Of a stretch of 44,000 nt of DNA, positions 22,986-34,729 are shown piece after piece (the first letter of the stretch is position 1; the number at the start of each line of letters is the position of its first letter). Source of the stretch: Chiloscyllium plagiosum (lineage: Eukaryota); assembly GCF_004010195.1 (NCBI RefSeq), contig NW_025214455.1:1-44000 (forward strand). The letters are read 5' to 3'. The notes below the pieces were generated by a model. It saw nothing but the letters and a program-made list of their open reading frames with translations. It had not been told where the DNA came from and searched no databases. A program made the position numbers and the translations under genes.

Positions 22986-23889
22986 AAATATAAGATGTGG
23001 CAACGGATGGAGCCTTGAAAACAATGTATAGGAAGCTGTGAGATCAATTGACAACACAGGGTTAAATACAGAGTAAAGTTCCCTCGATGATGCCTAACCA
23101 AACATTTTGAAGATATGTATAATCGGAGAAGTGATAGAAATTTAACTCAATCTCAACTATCACCACAGAAACACACATGCATACGCGCNNNNNNNNNNNN
23201 NNNNNNNNNNNNNNNNNNNNNNNNNNNNNNNNNNNNNNNNNNNNNNNNNNNNNNNNNNNNNNNNNNNNNNNNNNNNNNNNNNNNNNNNNNNNNNNNNNNN
23301 NNNNNNNNNNNNNNNCATGGACAATTTTCCTCAACCCATGTGCTATGTCCTGCTCACAAAAACTGCATTTGATTCCAATACCGTATGTTGTTTGATACAG
23401 GAACCTTTCTGTGTCGGGGGCATTGAGTCTTGAGTCTGACCCAGGTGTGTGAATGTCCTGTTTATCTGACATCCAGGATAGTTTAATGAAGCTTTGATGT
23501 TTGGAAATCCCGATCTGTACATTTTACAGTCCCTTAGTAGAACTGTATTTACTTTCAGTCAAGTACTCCTTTAATTGATTCAACATCATTTTCCACAAAC
23601 TTGGACACAAATCGGGAGAGTTAAAGTGATGGTGTGACCAAATATTTGGACAGTTTGGCAATTATGACCAGGACTTGGGCCAAGGGAGGTGAAGACGTTT
23701 TACTGTGATAGTACAGGAGGTATGGACACCATGAAGCATCTCCAAAATGATAACGGATGAATGTGGCAATTCACAGATATTCTGGGCGGGCAGACCGAAA
23801 CAGGCAGACACTGAATAAGGAACAGAGAGTGACCGAAGGATTTTGAGATTTCCAAAAGGCATCTACTCAAGTCAGTCTTGATCTAAAAA

Positions 23890-24165
23890 CTGACTATATT
23901 ATTGGTGAAACTAGTTTACAGGTAAATTGTGAAGTGGAAGTAAGCTGCTGTCAAACAGATCGATGTAGCGATGATAGGTCAATGGGCAAAACCTTGTCCA
24001 TTACAATACAAAGTGGAGAGCGTCAGGGAGAATCGACAGAGACTTCAGTTTATATGGGGAGATGTTATAGGACTCTGACGTAGAGAGGGATCTGTGTGTC
24101 CTGGGATATTAAAACACATTGAGTTAATCGGCAGGGGCAGCAAGGTATTAACAAGGCAAAGGGAT
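23890..24165 (+). mobile_element. Ancient CR1 ORF2 fragment
   Basis: TGGGCAAAA...GAGAGGGATCTGTGTGTCCTG corresponds to the WA...ERDLGVL region of CR1 ORF2. Confidence 0.5.
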
Positions 24166-24371
24166 GAAGTTTTCGTTTGTTCATGGGACGTGAGCATCAC
24201 TGGCTGGGCTCAGCATTTATCCCTCATTCCCATCAGCCCTTGAGAAGATGGTAGTGAACTGGCTTATTGAACTGATGTACTCCATAAACTTTATTTGTGG
24301 AGAAACTGAATGTCGCAGAAATTAAACTGCAGCTTTTTGTATTCCCAGTCCCAATTTTAAACTTAACTGTT

Positions 24372-24645
24372 TGGCTGGCACAGTGACTCAGTGGTTAGAT
24401 TGCTGCCTCAGAGTTCCAGGGACTCGTGTTTGATTCCAGTATAGTGCAACTGTAAATGGAGTTTGTAAGTTCTCCATTTGTAAGTGTTTGTAAGTGTTTG
24501 CGTGGGGTTCTTTCGGATGGTCTGGTTTGCTTCGACATATGCGGGTTAAGTAATATTGGCCATGCTAAATTGCCCATAGTGATCAGACATGTGAAGGTTA
24601 GGTGCATTCGTCAGGGAAATATACAGTGATAGGGCAGGGGAATTT
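24372..24645 (+). mobile_element. HE1/V-SINE-type SINE
   Basis: Head GGCACAGTGACTCAGTGGTTAGATTGCTGCCTCA; V-domain-like ATTGGCCATGCTAAATTGCCCATAGTG. Confidence 0.8.
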
Positions 24646-24789
24646 CACACCGCTGGGATTATATATTCATTTACTCTAGTCTGAGTGAGAGACTGAGATT
24701 CCATGTGTTGTCAGCAAGCTGATTTACAGCAGAACAAAGTCTCTAAGCTAATTGAGGGGGGCAATTCGTAGAACAGGGAGAGAATAGGG

Positions 24790-24990
24790 AAAAAAACAAA
24801 TTGCTGATAAAAGCTCAGCAGTTTTGGCAACATCCGAACAGAGAATCCAGAGTTACCACGTCGTATCCGGTCACCGTTTATCTGAGCCAGAGCTGAAACT
24901 TTAACGCTGATTTCTCTTCAAAGATGCTGCCAAGCCTGCTGAGGTTTTGTTTCTGATTGACAGAATCAGCAGTTCTTTCAGATTGTATTT
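24790..24990. mobile_element. Penelope-derived palindromic element
   Basis: CTCAGCAGTTTTGGCAACATC is inverted against GATGCTGCCAAGCCTGCTGAG. Same family as 6205-6382. Confidence 0.65.
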
Positions 24991-25009
24991 AGGTAGTGAA
25001 TGGAGTTAA

Positions 25010-25320
25010 GTTCAGAGTAAAGCTGTTTCTGCACTTCAGCTTTTCTAACTCCCAGACTATGTTCACCGTGGAATTAGATAATGACGAAGTCAACCCCTAT
25101 CCCCACACTGTCCCGATCAAATGCACTTAGCATAGTTATATCAGTGGCTTATCGGCAGAGTACATTTCCCTGTACACTTTCTCCAACTGAACCTCCCAGG
25201 GTCAGGGAAAAATAGGGTTACATGCAATGTACAGATATGTCCACAAACACTCCCGTGTCAGGCGAAGCTCTGTGTTAGATTACAGAGTAAAGCTGCCTCT
25301 ACAGTGTCTATCACAAACTC
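25010..25320 (+). repeat. Degenerate ~65-70 bp tandem minisatellite (about 5 units)
   Basis: Recurring CAGAGTAAAGCT...ACACTGTCCC...AAACACTCCCAGG...GGTTAGAT. Further arrays at 26560-26790 and ~23060. Confidence 0.7.
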
Positions 25321-26559
25321 TTACATAGCTCATACACACAGACACACTGTCATGCAGTCACACATGGTCAGTCACACGCACAGTAGAGCATTGCAAACTC
25401 CCGATCTCAGAATCTCACACTCGAACACAACCTCTCACTCAGCCAATCTCAGCCACCAACTCTCAGTCAATCAGTCACAGACAACTCAAAGCCACACACG
25501 CTCATTCACATACACAGTTACTCTTTCACAAATGTATACGAATGATACACAATCCGAGAGGCTTGCTTAATGGTAAATCAATTTCTTTATTTTTAGAGAA
25601 CACAGAATTTGAAGGCAAATTACGTCAGGCTGGTCCTTGATAAATGCCTGTTACCTGGATAAAATACATCTTACTCCACGCTAAATCTCTGACAGATTCT
25701 GAACAAGACCACGCACCTACAATTCAGTAGCTGACCTGTCATATAACTATCGCATTTTCGTCTTGAAGTTTGGAAAGTTAGACAGACTTTTAAAAATCTC
25801 AGGGCACGGACTTTAAAAGGATTCTGGAATCTGCATCTTAATCAATGGAAAATTTTTAACAGAGTTCTCCATATTCTGCTTTTAGAGTTTAATTTGTAAA
25901 TTAACATTTCTCCAATGTAGGAATGCATGAATGGAAAAAAAAAAGTTTTTCACACATTTGCCCCTCACCTGTGCTGACAGAATTAAGATTCAAACTGAAG
26001 CTTCTCTGCTCCTGCATCCAGTTTACCATTGTACCATTTGGTTTAGACTATCCCTCCTCTCACATCGAAATTGCATCGATTCACATCCCAGTTTATTTCA
26101 TCTGCAGGAGGCCGAGAGATGAAAATGTATAAAGTGTACGATGTGTTTTAATCTGCCAACGAGGACAAATGATTCCAAAAGTGTCAGTAGCCATTAGACG
26201 TTTGTTTTATGTAGCCATTTCATGTCAGCACAGCGCTGACAGCGACTTTATAAACAGGGAAAGGCAAGAACGTGTTGGGGACTTGGGAGTCCATGTGCAA
26301 ATGAATACAGCGCAGATTCACAGAACTATAGTTGGACGGCACGGGTTCAATGGCCAGGGAAATGACACAAGCCCAAGACTGTATCCCTGGAATTTTGAGC
26401 AGTCCAAAATGATGAAAGTTTGAGAGTCAATGACAGGAACTGCAGGATTAGATAGGGAGAAAATATCGGTTTTGCTTCTGGCATCTATAAATAGGTTCAG
26501 TGTCGAGTAATCTAACAATAGACTGGAACCCTTTGAAATCTCAGGCCACGTTCAGCATG

Positions 26560-26790
26560 AGGTTAGGTTTTGTTTTAATCACCCGACACTGTCCCCATCA
26601 ATCTCTAACACAGGCATAGGGTTCAGTACAGATTAAAGCCCAATTACACTGTTCCCATCAACCACTCCCAGGACAGGAACAGCACTGAGTTAGATAAAGA
26701 ATAAATCCCCCTTTACATTTTCCACATCAAACCCTCCCAGGGCTGGGAAAATACTGTGCCAGATAGTAAACAAAACATCGTCCTTACACC
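26560..26790 (+). repeat. Same minisatellite (about 3-4 units)
   Basis: ACACTGTCCCCATCAA, ACACTGTTCCCATCAACCACTCCCAGGACAGG and CACATCAAACCCTCCCAGGG recur at ~60-70 nt spacing. Confidence 0.7.
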
Positions 26791-27669
26791 AGAAAAGGAC
26801 TGCATTCCATCTGTTGCTGCCTTGCCTATTGTGGGTCACAGAGTGAGCTCCGAAACACCTCCAGGGCAATCTTATCCTGTACCTGTGGTTGTGGCTCTCT
26901 ATCTGTGTCTGTGAGTCTCTCTCGGTTTCTGAAATTATCTCCCATTCCCTCGACAATGTTGAATAAATTTCAAAACCATTCAATGACGTTTAAAACATTT
27001 TCGGATATCCTTAAGATATTTTTGCAGGGTTTTTATATATCCATCCTCACGTTACTTGCCGATATACAGTGTAATTCCTCTACATTTATATAGTCTGTAA
27101 TCCACAAAGCAAATTAACATCCAGGGTCCGTGAACAATCCGGAAGTTCCATGAAGTGTCTCTCTTTATTGCATGCGATTGGTCATTAACAGTAAGGAAGC
27201 GTTCCTATGAACTTTTTCACTGAGGACAACTTTGATTCTCAGACTGACTGTTCATCGTCACTGCAAAGAAAAATCAAATTTTCAAGATGCAGGAAAATCT
27301 CAACGAAAACAACTGTTGATGTGCTTCCCCAATGTTTCACTGATACTTTTTAGGATGAGATTTTCAGGAGGACATTTAGCTGAATGAAACCAGGAGCAGG
27401 ACGAAGCCATTCAGCCCCTACAGCCTGCTCTCCATTCAATGTAATCATGCCTGATTCCCTGTCTCAACGCTATATTCCCACTTGCTCTCCAGAGGTCGTG
27501 GTGGAGAATGGTACAATTACAACAATTGGTTCACGTTTGTCGGAGGAATCGAACAGAAACTGAATGATCCCGTTGAAAATGGTGAGAAGTTCTAAAACAT
27601 TATCGTTCAGGGGGATATATGGTATCAGAACTTTAACTGACAGTGGAGTCAATAATGTGGAGGACAATC

Positions 27670-28090
27670 GATACAGAAGAGTACAGTGCTGGCCCTTCAG
27701 CCCTCGATGATGTGCTGATCGGTTAATCTACTTTAAGATCAAACTAATCTGCATAACCTATCTTCCATGTGCCTATCCAAGAGTCGCGTAAACATCCATA
27801 ATGCATCTGATTGAACCACCACCGCCACAGAATCTGGTCGGTGCCTAGAAAGAACTTACCTCTCATCTCCCCGAAACCTTCCACCAATCACTTTTAAATT
27901 ATGCCCCCTTATGAAGACTTTTCTGCACTGGGAAGAAGTCTCTGGCTATTCATTCTATCTGTGGTTCTTATCATCCTTCTTCACTCTAATGAGAAAAGCC
28001 CTCGGCCCCTCAATATTACTTCATAAGAAATGCCCTCCCGTCCAGGAGGCATGGTGGTAAATCTTTTCTGCAGCGTCTCTAAAACTGCTG
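27670..28090 (-). mobile_element. CR1 3'-end fragment
   Basis: Similar to 3540-4030 (GGCCCTTCAGCCC...TTAAATTATGCCCC...GAGAAAAGCCC...GTAAATCT). Confidence 0.7.
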
Positions 28091-30974
28091 CCTTCAGGAT
28101 CAATCTAGTCAGATTGCAGATTTTAAAAAATCTGTGACTGATTCTGAACAAGTTTCACGTGGAATATGCTTTACAAATCACAATCCCTCAGGTAGCTGGA
28201 AGGATTCCCATGTCAGAGTGTGATTTTGATTAAATACAGGAAATGTCTCTCCCCCACGGTCATTGCGTGACTGTTTTGCTGTTTATGACAAACAGAAAGC
28301 TCTCGCTTCTCTCCTGTCTGTTTCACTGATACTCCGTGCTTCATATTAATTGGCCACGAACAATAAGGAGGTCTGGCTCTGACTCGTTCATTGTGAGGAT
28401 ATCAGGAATCCTGTGGACCACGTTCATCCTCAGACCGACTAGAAATAACTTCTGCATGTGTCCTCCTACATTCTGCTACTCTTCTCTTCCCTGTTTCCTG
28501 CATTTTCAATTTGTGTCATTTGCAAATTCTGAAGACNNNNNNNNNNNNNNNNNNNNNNNNNNNNNNNNNNNNNNNNNNNNNNNNNNNNNNNNNNNNNNNN
28601 NNNNNNNNNNNNNNNNNNNNNNNNNNNNNNNNNNNNNNNNNNNNNNNNNNNNNNNNNNNNNNNNNNNNNNNNNNNNNNNNNNNNNNNNNNNNNNNNNNNN
28701 NNNNNNNNNNNNNNNNNNNNNNNNNNNNNNNNNNNNNNNNNNNNNNNNNNNNNNNNNNATCCCCATGATTGAAGGTGCGGACCCAGGAACAAATGTACAC
28801 AATATTCCAGTAATCTGTAGTGATTAAGGAAGTGAACTTACTCTCCACCACCTTCTCGGGAGGAATAAGTGACAGCACAGACAGTGAAGGCCACATTCTT
28901 CAGGAGGGTCTCCCTATCAGAGTTTTCAGGTCCCCATTTAATTAGAACAGAGTCTATGTCCACGTTTTTGCAGGGGCCTGACATGCAACGCCAGCCTGTG
29001 CTTCTCCAACAAATACCTGACCAATGGAATGATTCCTTTATGAATGAGTTAATGCAGAGAAATATTTATACTTTTCAGTATAATTCTCTGGTTGTACAAT
29101 CGACTAGAATCTGCTGTAAATGATAGTCTCCATGAGGTGTTCCGAAGTATATCATTATTCGTACAGTAGATATTCGATCCTTTTGAATGGCTGGATTTAA
29201 CCCAATGGAAGAGTTCCTGTTCTAAACACACGCAGGTTGAATTCCCAGGCAAAGTCACAGGGCACAGGTGTCACATCGGTTCCCTTGGAACTAGCTGTCC
29301 AAGCTCCGTGTGTAATTGTCAGTGTCCCTCTGTGCAGCCTATAGTGAGGCCCGCAGTGACTCCTTCATGGATGTGCTTTCCCCTTGGGGAACACTGAGAC
29401 ATGGAGATTCTACAGACGCTGCGCAGTGGGGCTTGACCCCTGAGTCCCATCAACCTGCGGCTGGGTCTCTGACCTCACAATGGGAGATAACCCTCTCTCA
29501 GCTCGAGCTGGAGATTCAACAATAGCCAATAGTATTTCACCCTGGAGCACGGCCGTTTAAAAGTCAAGGAAAGGAAATCAGAGAAAGTTGCTCGGATAGA
29601 GAGAGCAGTAGGGAGAGAAACTGAAGTTCTCACGTGTCCAAAATCATGTTGGAATGCAGTGACTTTAGCGACGCGAGCTGTCTTTTGCCATTTGAACTGA
29701 ACTGATTCTGAAATATGAAAATTAAATCGAGGAACATACTTCTTGTCAATAAGGGGGAAAGTGGACTTTATATTCCAACATCAATAAGTGTTAAGCGTAA
29801 TTTCTAATGAATCCTAATCATACGTTACTTATTATATTGCAAATTAACAAATGCTCACAATCTGCTGTAGACACTTACTTTGTCTGAGTTCCGTCCGCTT
29901 TGGTCAAAAATTAAAAATGCAGCAATTAAAAGGATTTAGTGACAAAGAACAAAGAGGGGAACCGGAGGGAACGAAAACAAAATGGAAGTGCAGGAATGAT
30001 GAGATAACAAAATGATAAGGGTGCAAAACAGAACCTCTGCATCCCAACTTTCTTGCCCAAAGTTGCTTGGAAGCACAAAGTAATAGGTCGGGAATGGGGT
30101 TTGTGGTGGAATTGAGCATAAGTGCCAAAATATTACTGGAAGCTATGAAATGCTGGGACTAGGATTAGAATCAGGAGGTGTGGCCACGTGGTTAAGGTAG
30201 GAAAAGTCGAGAATGCAACATTGTCAGAACTGGTCAATTAACGGTCTGTCAGCAGGGGGCGTCGTTCAATCAATGTGGGCAGAGGATGTTTCGGTTCAGA
30301 GAATGCAGCAATCATATTTAAAGGCTGTTACCTATACTTTCAAACAACAGCTCTGGAGAGACATTGGCTACTAACAAACATTTAACATCAATTACATTCA
30401 GATTGCTCCCTGATTCATTAAAGTTCCTTCAGGGTGCTTGGGCACAGGAACAGTCCCTGTTCTATCAAGGCCGGAGAAGATCAATAAGTCAATGTGGGCA
30501 AGTTCAAGTAGAGATTGCTGAGGTGAAGAGTACGTGTGGGGAACCTGGTTAAGTTCACAAAAGGGATCAGCGAGCGGACATTTTCTGGAATGGTTACAAG
30601 GTTAAACTGAAGAACTTACATGTGCCCAGAGATGAAAGTGAAATTGAAAGCAAACCACATCATATCCAGCCATTTCCAAATTCATGGCAGCAGACTGTCC
30701 TTCCAAAAGGTCAGGGTAAGGAGGATCCAGTGTGCCCTGACAGGGTAGATCAGCTGCTGACAGCAGTAACTGGATTATGGGGAGTTGTGGGTTTCGGGGG
30801 AGTGAGGGTTGGGGGCCTCACAGTCACTTCCCTTGACCAACAGCAGCTCCTCATCCCCTCGGAAAATTACACCAGAAACCACGCAGCAAGCTCCTAGGTT
30901 GTCGGCACCTCTCGTCTTCAGGCAATTAGACGAGAGCCAGAATGATCAAAACCAACGGAGAAAACAGATAGCAG

Positions 30975-30990
30975 CTTGACGTCACTTCAG
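30975..30990 (-). promoter_or_regulatory. ETS-CRE-like promoter motif
   Basis: Minus strand CTGAAGTGACGTCA has one mismatch to the composite CGGAAGTGACGTCA. Perfect CRE at 30977-30984, ~290 nt upstream of the candidate ATG at 30685. Confidence 0.4.
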
Positions 30991-31349
30991 CTGTCAGTGC
31001 AGAGGTACAACAATATCATAGTACCCGCATTTGCTAAGAAGGTCACCTTGAAGTCCTTAGATTTCACAAGTATCTACTTTGTTATTACATATCATCGTGG
31101 TGTGTCGCTATTTTCAATTAATTCTGCTGGGATGCATGACAAGTCAATACCGTCAATTGCGCACCCGACTGGGAGCAGGGAGTCAGGGAACTGTCTACAG
31201 AAAGGGGCCATTGACAACAGGGCAAGTATGGGTCGAGAAGAGCGCAGATAGGTGAATTGGAGCATGACCAAGAGCATCAGGAGCTTGCCTGGTCAGAGGG
31301 TTCAGGGCTGTGTGAAATTACTGCCACAGCATGGAATAATGGGCGTACA

Positions 31350-31727
31350 GGTTCTCTAATGTGAGATCCTCAGAGGAACAGTGGATACTGGCATTCAATT
31401 TACATAAGGTCTGCCGGCTCAGGAGGGCGACTGGGCAAGAGTCTGAAATAATGGCAGCATCAGTCGCAGTGGCAGGGCCAATACTGGAGTTAATGGGTTA
31501 GGAGAGTGGGTCTCTTATGGGTATTCTCAAAAACCGTATAGAGCAGATGGTCTTGCAACTCAGGTAATTTTCCGAGTCGGAAGCCGCAGACGGTTGGACA
31601 GACTCAGTATCCAACACAAAAGAAATGACCAGCTCCCCACCGCCTCCACATCCATCATCGGAATTTCAGACGGGGCGTGTGAGAGACATATTGAGATTGC
31701 CTGTGAAAACTCACTCTGACGATAACC
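31350..31727 (-). pseudogene. pro: ERV aspartic protease pseudogene
   Basis: My translation: ISFVLDTES...LSCKTICSI...PLS*PINSSIGP...IISDSCPVALLSRQTLCKLNASIHCS. It shows a degenerate LDTGA active site and the CPV.LLGRD.L.KL motif of class I ERV proteases. Confidence 0.85.
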
Positions 31728-33284
31728 CTAGTTAGTTTCTGGAGTACGGGGGAAGGGACCAGCCACAGTGTAGGCAGCCTGTTGAAGCTGCCTCTGTTGT
31801 GTGGTGGACTGCTGTCATGCGTGAGGGGAGAGGGAGAGGGTAGATGGCCCTGGGCGACATTGCCTGGACCAGCCCTGCGTCACTCAGTGTTCCAATTTCA
31901 CACTGTTCCAGCACTGCCTTCTTTAAATTGCCCTAGTTTGCTGTATTGGCCTGGTGGTGTCCTTGTGGTTGTCGGTTTGTGCGAGCCAGTCGAACGCCCC
32001 CGTCGGTTTTGGTGAAGTGAACAGCCCATTCCCCTCCAAGTTATTAAGTACAATTAAATTGTCCGTCCTGCTCGTCGTTTGATTGTGCAACGTGAAAACG
32101 TGAGCATATGTCAGGTCTGCAGAGCAAGCTTTTCGTTCTCTGCGAATGGAAGGCCCGACAAGGATTCACAGACCTCGGTAAAGCGGACAAAGACAGACAC
32201 TGGATAACAGCCCAAATTCGGCATGCCGTCTTGCACTGGCCTTTATTGGATCCTTCACAGTGCTCTCCAGCCACTTTTTCCCAGTCTGAAGCGGTGTCCC
32301 AGTGGGATGTCACTAACAGGGCTAATGGTCACCCAGTGGGTCATATGCACAAGCTGTAAATCGGTCTGCACATCTTGGGACCGACAGTTGAAAATACAGG
32401 AAATTTCGAGGACCCAATTGTAAAACGGGAGCTGCCACTTCAACGGGTCTGGGGCATCTTGTAGCATGGCCCGGACCTCTGCGTGGATCCAGGTCTTATA
32501 CAGGGGAATGCACCCAATCATGATGTGGGGAAACTGACAGTTGGCGGCCTGGTAATTTCGGCAAGCACTCGGTCTTCTTGTGAGTCTGGAGTTATTGTTT
32601 GTGTTGGGCAGCAGTGGTGATTCATACTGCCCGGCGGCTCATGTGTCCCATCGCGGCCTTGCTGTGTAATGCATGGTAAAAAAAATGCAGCCACATCATT
32701 CAGGCCCAACGGGTCTGCTTTTGAAGCCAGTATTGGAAATTTCGGGTACTGTGGGGCATAGGGCGGTGTGGCTGTATCTGGAATTATTTTGATCACAAGT
32801 GTCGCTTGTTATTGCAGCAGTCTTCCGCCAACGCAGCCTGATACTGCTGGGCAACCTGCCGAAACTTTGCAAGACACTGCAGCATGTATACAGCGTCCCA
32901 GGAGGGGTCAACGTGCCCTCCCGTATTGGCCGTGGTCCAATAATCAAGCTGATCGCATTAAAAGGAACTCCCATATGGCCAATTTCCTTGTGGACATGTG
33001 TAAAGGTCTCCTGTGAAGTGGGTAAAGTAACCACCATCCCCTGTCTCTTTCAGCACAGTATCTGCCAGTGAAACAGGTATAACAAGAGAATCTCCTATCT
33101 TTACTTTGATTTTCACGTATTTACAGGGCGGGTCGACGGGCCTGTTTCTACACTATAGGGAATCTAAACTTACATGCCTCCTCAATATCGTCTTGCACAA
33201 CATCGGTCCTGGGCCGTTCTCACCACATGGTTGGGGTTGCCCAGCTATCACATCCCAGCAGTGGGTGGAATTCCCTGTCCCCAT
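31728..33284 (-). pseudogene. gag: ERV gag pseudogene (frameshifts and stops)
   Basis: Possible myristoylation start MGTGNS (ATG 33284, tentative); GNWPYGSSF (~32985); YKTWIHAEVRAMLQDAPDPLK...DLQLVHM (ORF 32255-32521); CWNSVKLEH* (~31914-31885); ends ...GPFPRTPETN-TAG at 31730-31728. Confidence 0.7.
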
Positions 33285-34149
33285 GGCGTACTGGACGTCC
33301 TGCGCTGACTGCAAAGCATTGCACTTCAGTTTTCGAGGAAAGACAAAGGGATTACTCACAGAACACACAAGCAGTGAGTGATTGACAGGTCAAGCAATAA
33401 AGGATTATACTGTAAATAAACACTTGTCTGATGGATAAACACACTTAGACGAGACACCTGAAACTGACAGGACATGCAGTCAGCAACCGCATAACAAGCA
33501 GACACATCCAAAGCAAATGCTCAGAAACCATAAGACGGAAAAAAAAGTGAACTGGTGGAGCCCTGGTCAATTTCCTTCGAGCTGAGGAATCTCTTCGGAT
33601 TGATGCGAAAACTTTAATCAGTGGTCTCTCATTCTATTTTGCCGGGCTTCCCTTGCCCATCCGGCTCTCCCCTGGCTGGATCCGGGTTACGGCACAGGCT
33701 CTGGACTTGATTGATACAATCTGGACTCAATCAAGCATCCAGCAGCATTCATCAGTTCAAAAATGGGATCGTGGGTTCCAGCTCTCTTCGTGGGTATTTG
33801 AGAATGTCCCTTTCCTTGGCAGTAAGGTGATACAATTGTTGCTCTCCAGAGATGGGCAAGGTATTCTAGTGCATCCCTGGCTGACCTGAGCTTCATGTGG
33901 CTTTGGTATCACTGGGGTATTAGATTACCCGTCGGGCTTTGTTTCAGTTGTGTTTATCGTGTCGAGGAAGCTTATTGGTAGATGGTCTTGGGAAGTGTAT
34001 TCCCTGGTTTGTGAATAACTGTGATCATCTATGGTCTCCCTTGTCAGCCTGTTTGGTCAATGCTGAGGCATTTTGGGTGTTCCTTGTATGGCTTGGACAG
34101 GCTTGATTTTCTGTGTTCTTATTGACCATGCTGTGTGTAGGCAGGTTTG

Positions 34150-34645
34150 CATGTCATTTCCCATACTGTTGAAAAATAAACTTCCTAATCTGCAAAGGTT
34201 GTAAATTCAAAATCTTAATTCAACATCAACCTGTTCACATGGGGACAAGCCACTCAGCTGTTCCATGACGGGAAGGTATTCACTCGGGGATCAATCCTAA
34301 TGGCACCCAAACCACTTCAACAAAGGGAGAGAAGATTTGTCTTCTCTGTTTGGTAAGCGATTATCTTCACAACACCGCCTAATGTCATCCGATCGACATG
34401 ACACTGGAGAGACACTATTCGTCTGTTCTGTGCATGAGAAGGGATTTATTAAATCAGCAAAGGTTCAAATAAACATGAATAGGCACACTGTAGAGAGGCC
34501 TGCACTGAGTGTGGAAAGAGATTCACCTGGTCATCTCTATTCAGTGAGCACGAGTATATTCACACGAGCGAGAAATATTTACTTGCTCCTTGCCTGGGAA
34601 GTGATTAACTCGGGTCTCCAATCTCAGCAGATATGGAGTTGTTCC
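34150..34645 (+). pseudogene. C2H2 zinc-finger pseudogene fragment
   Basis: Decayed linkers and fingers: [32 protein letters not shown] (TGCACTGAGTGTGGAAAGAGATTCACC), IHTSEKY. Multiple frameshifts. Confidence 0.8.
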
Positions 34646-34729
34646 CAGAAATGAGTGAAAACTTTAATGTTCTAACTTTGAAAAGAGCTTAAGGAGTAGC
34701 AATGATGTGATGGAACATCAGAAAACACA

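Larger units (their letters stand above)
25969..30685 (-). pseudogene. Candidate multi-exon pseudogene, product unidentified
   Basis: Non-repeat segments bounded by minus-strand splice signals: 30685-30620 (GCTGCCATG ... |GTAAG), 30544-30396, 29016-28842 (CAG| ... |GTAAG), 26882-26788 (weak acceptor) and 26101-25969 (TTTTCATCTCTCGGCCTCCTGCAG| ... CAG|GTGAG). In-frame stops are present. Confidence 0.4.
31110..33700 (-). mobile_element. Degraded class I (gamma/epsilon-like) endogenous retrovirus: PBS, leader, gag, protease; truncated near the start of RT
   Basis: Ordered motifs on the minus strand: PBS-like (33696-33680), matrix-like WPYGSSF, capsid-like LYKTWIHAEVRAMLQDAPDP, decayed zinc knuckle CWNSVKLEH, TAG, then protease. 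Confidence 0.85.

Noticed and set aside
25010..25320. CRISPR-like spaced repeats
   Set aside because: The whole unit is degenerately repeated with no unique spacers, there are no cas genes, and the context is vertebrate.
25969..30685. Passing resemblance of candidate exons to MRPL48, NT5DC1 or DNAAF3
   Set aside because: Only a few scattered residues agree and the spacing is inconsistent, so no gene symbol was assigned.
32696..33037. HVHKEIGHMG as an integrase HHCC motif upstream of capsid
   Set aside because: An overlapping frame gives the matrix-like WPYGSSF in the expected gag position, and no DDE core follows.
33700..34150. Expected 5' LTR of the ERV
   Set aside because: No TG...CA boundary, no second copy and no clear LTR signals. 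The segment looks like an unrelated decayed repeat.
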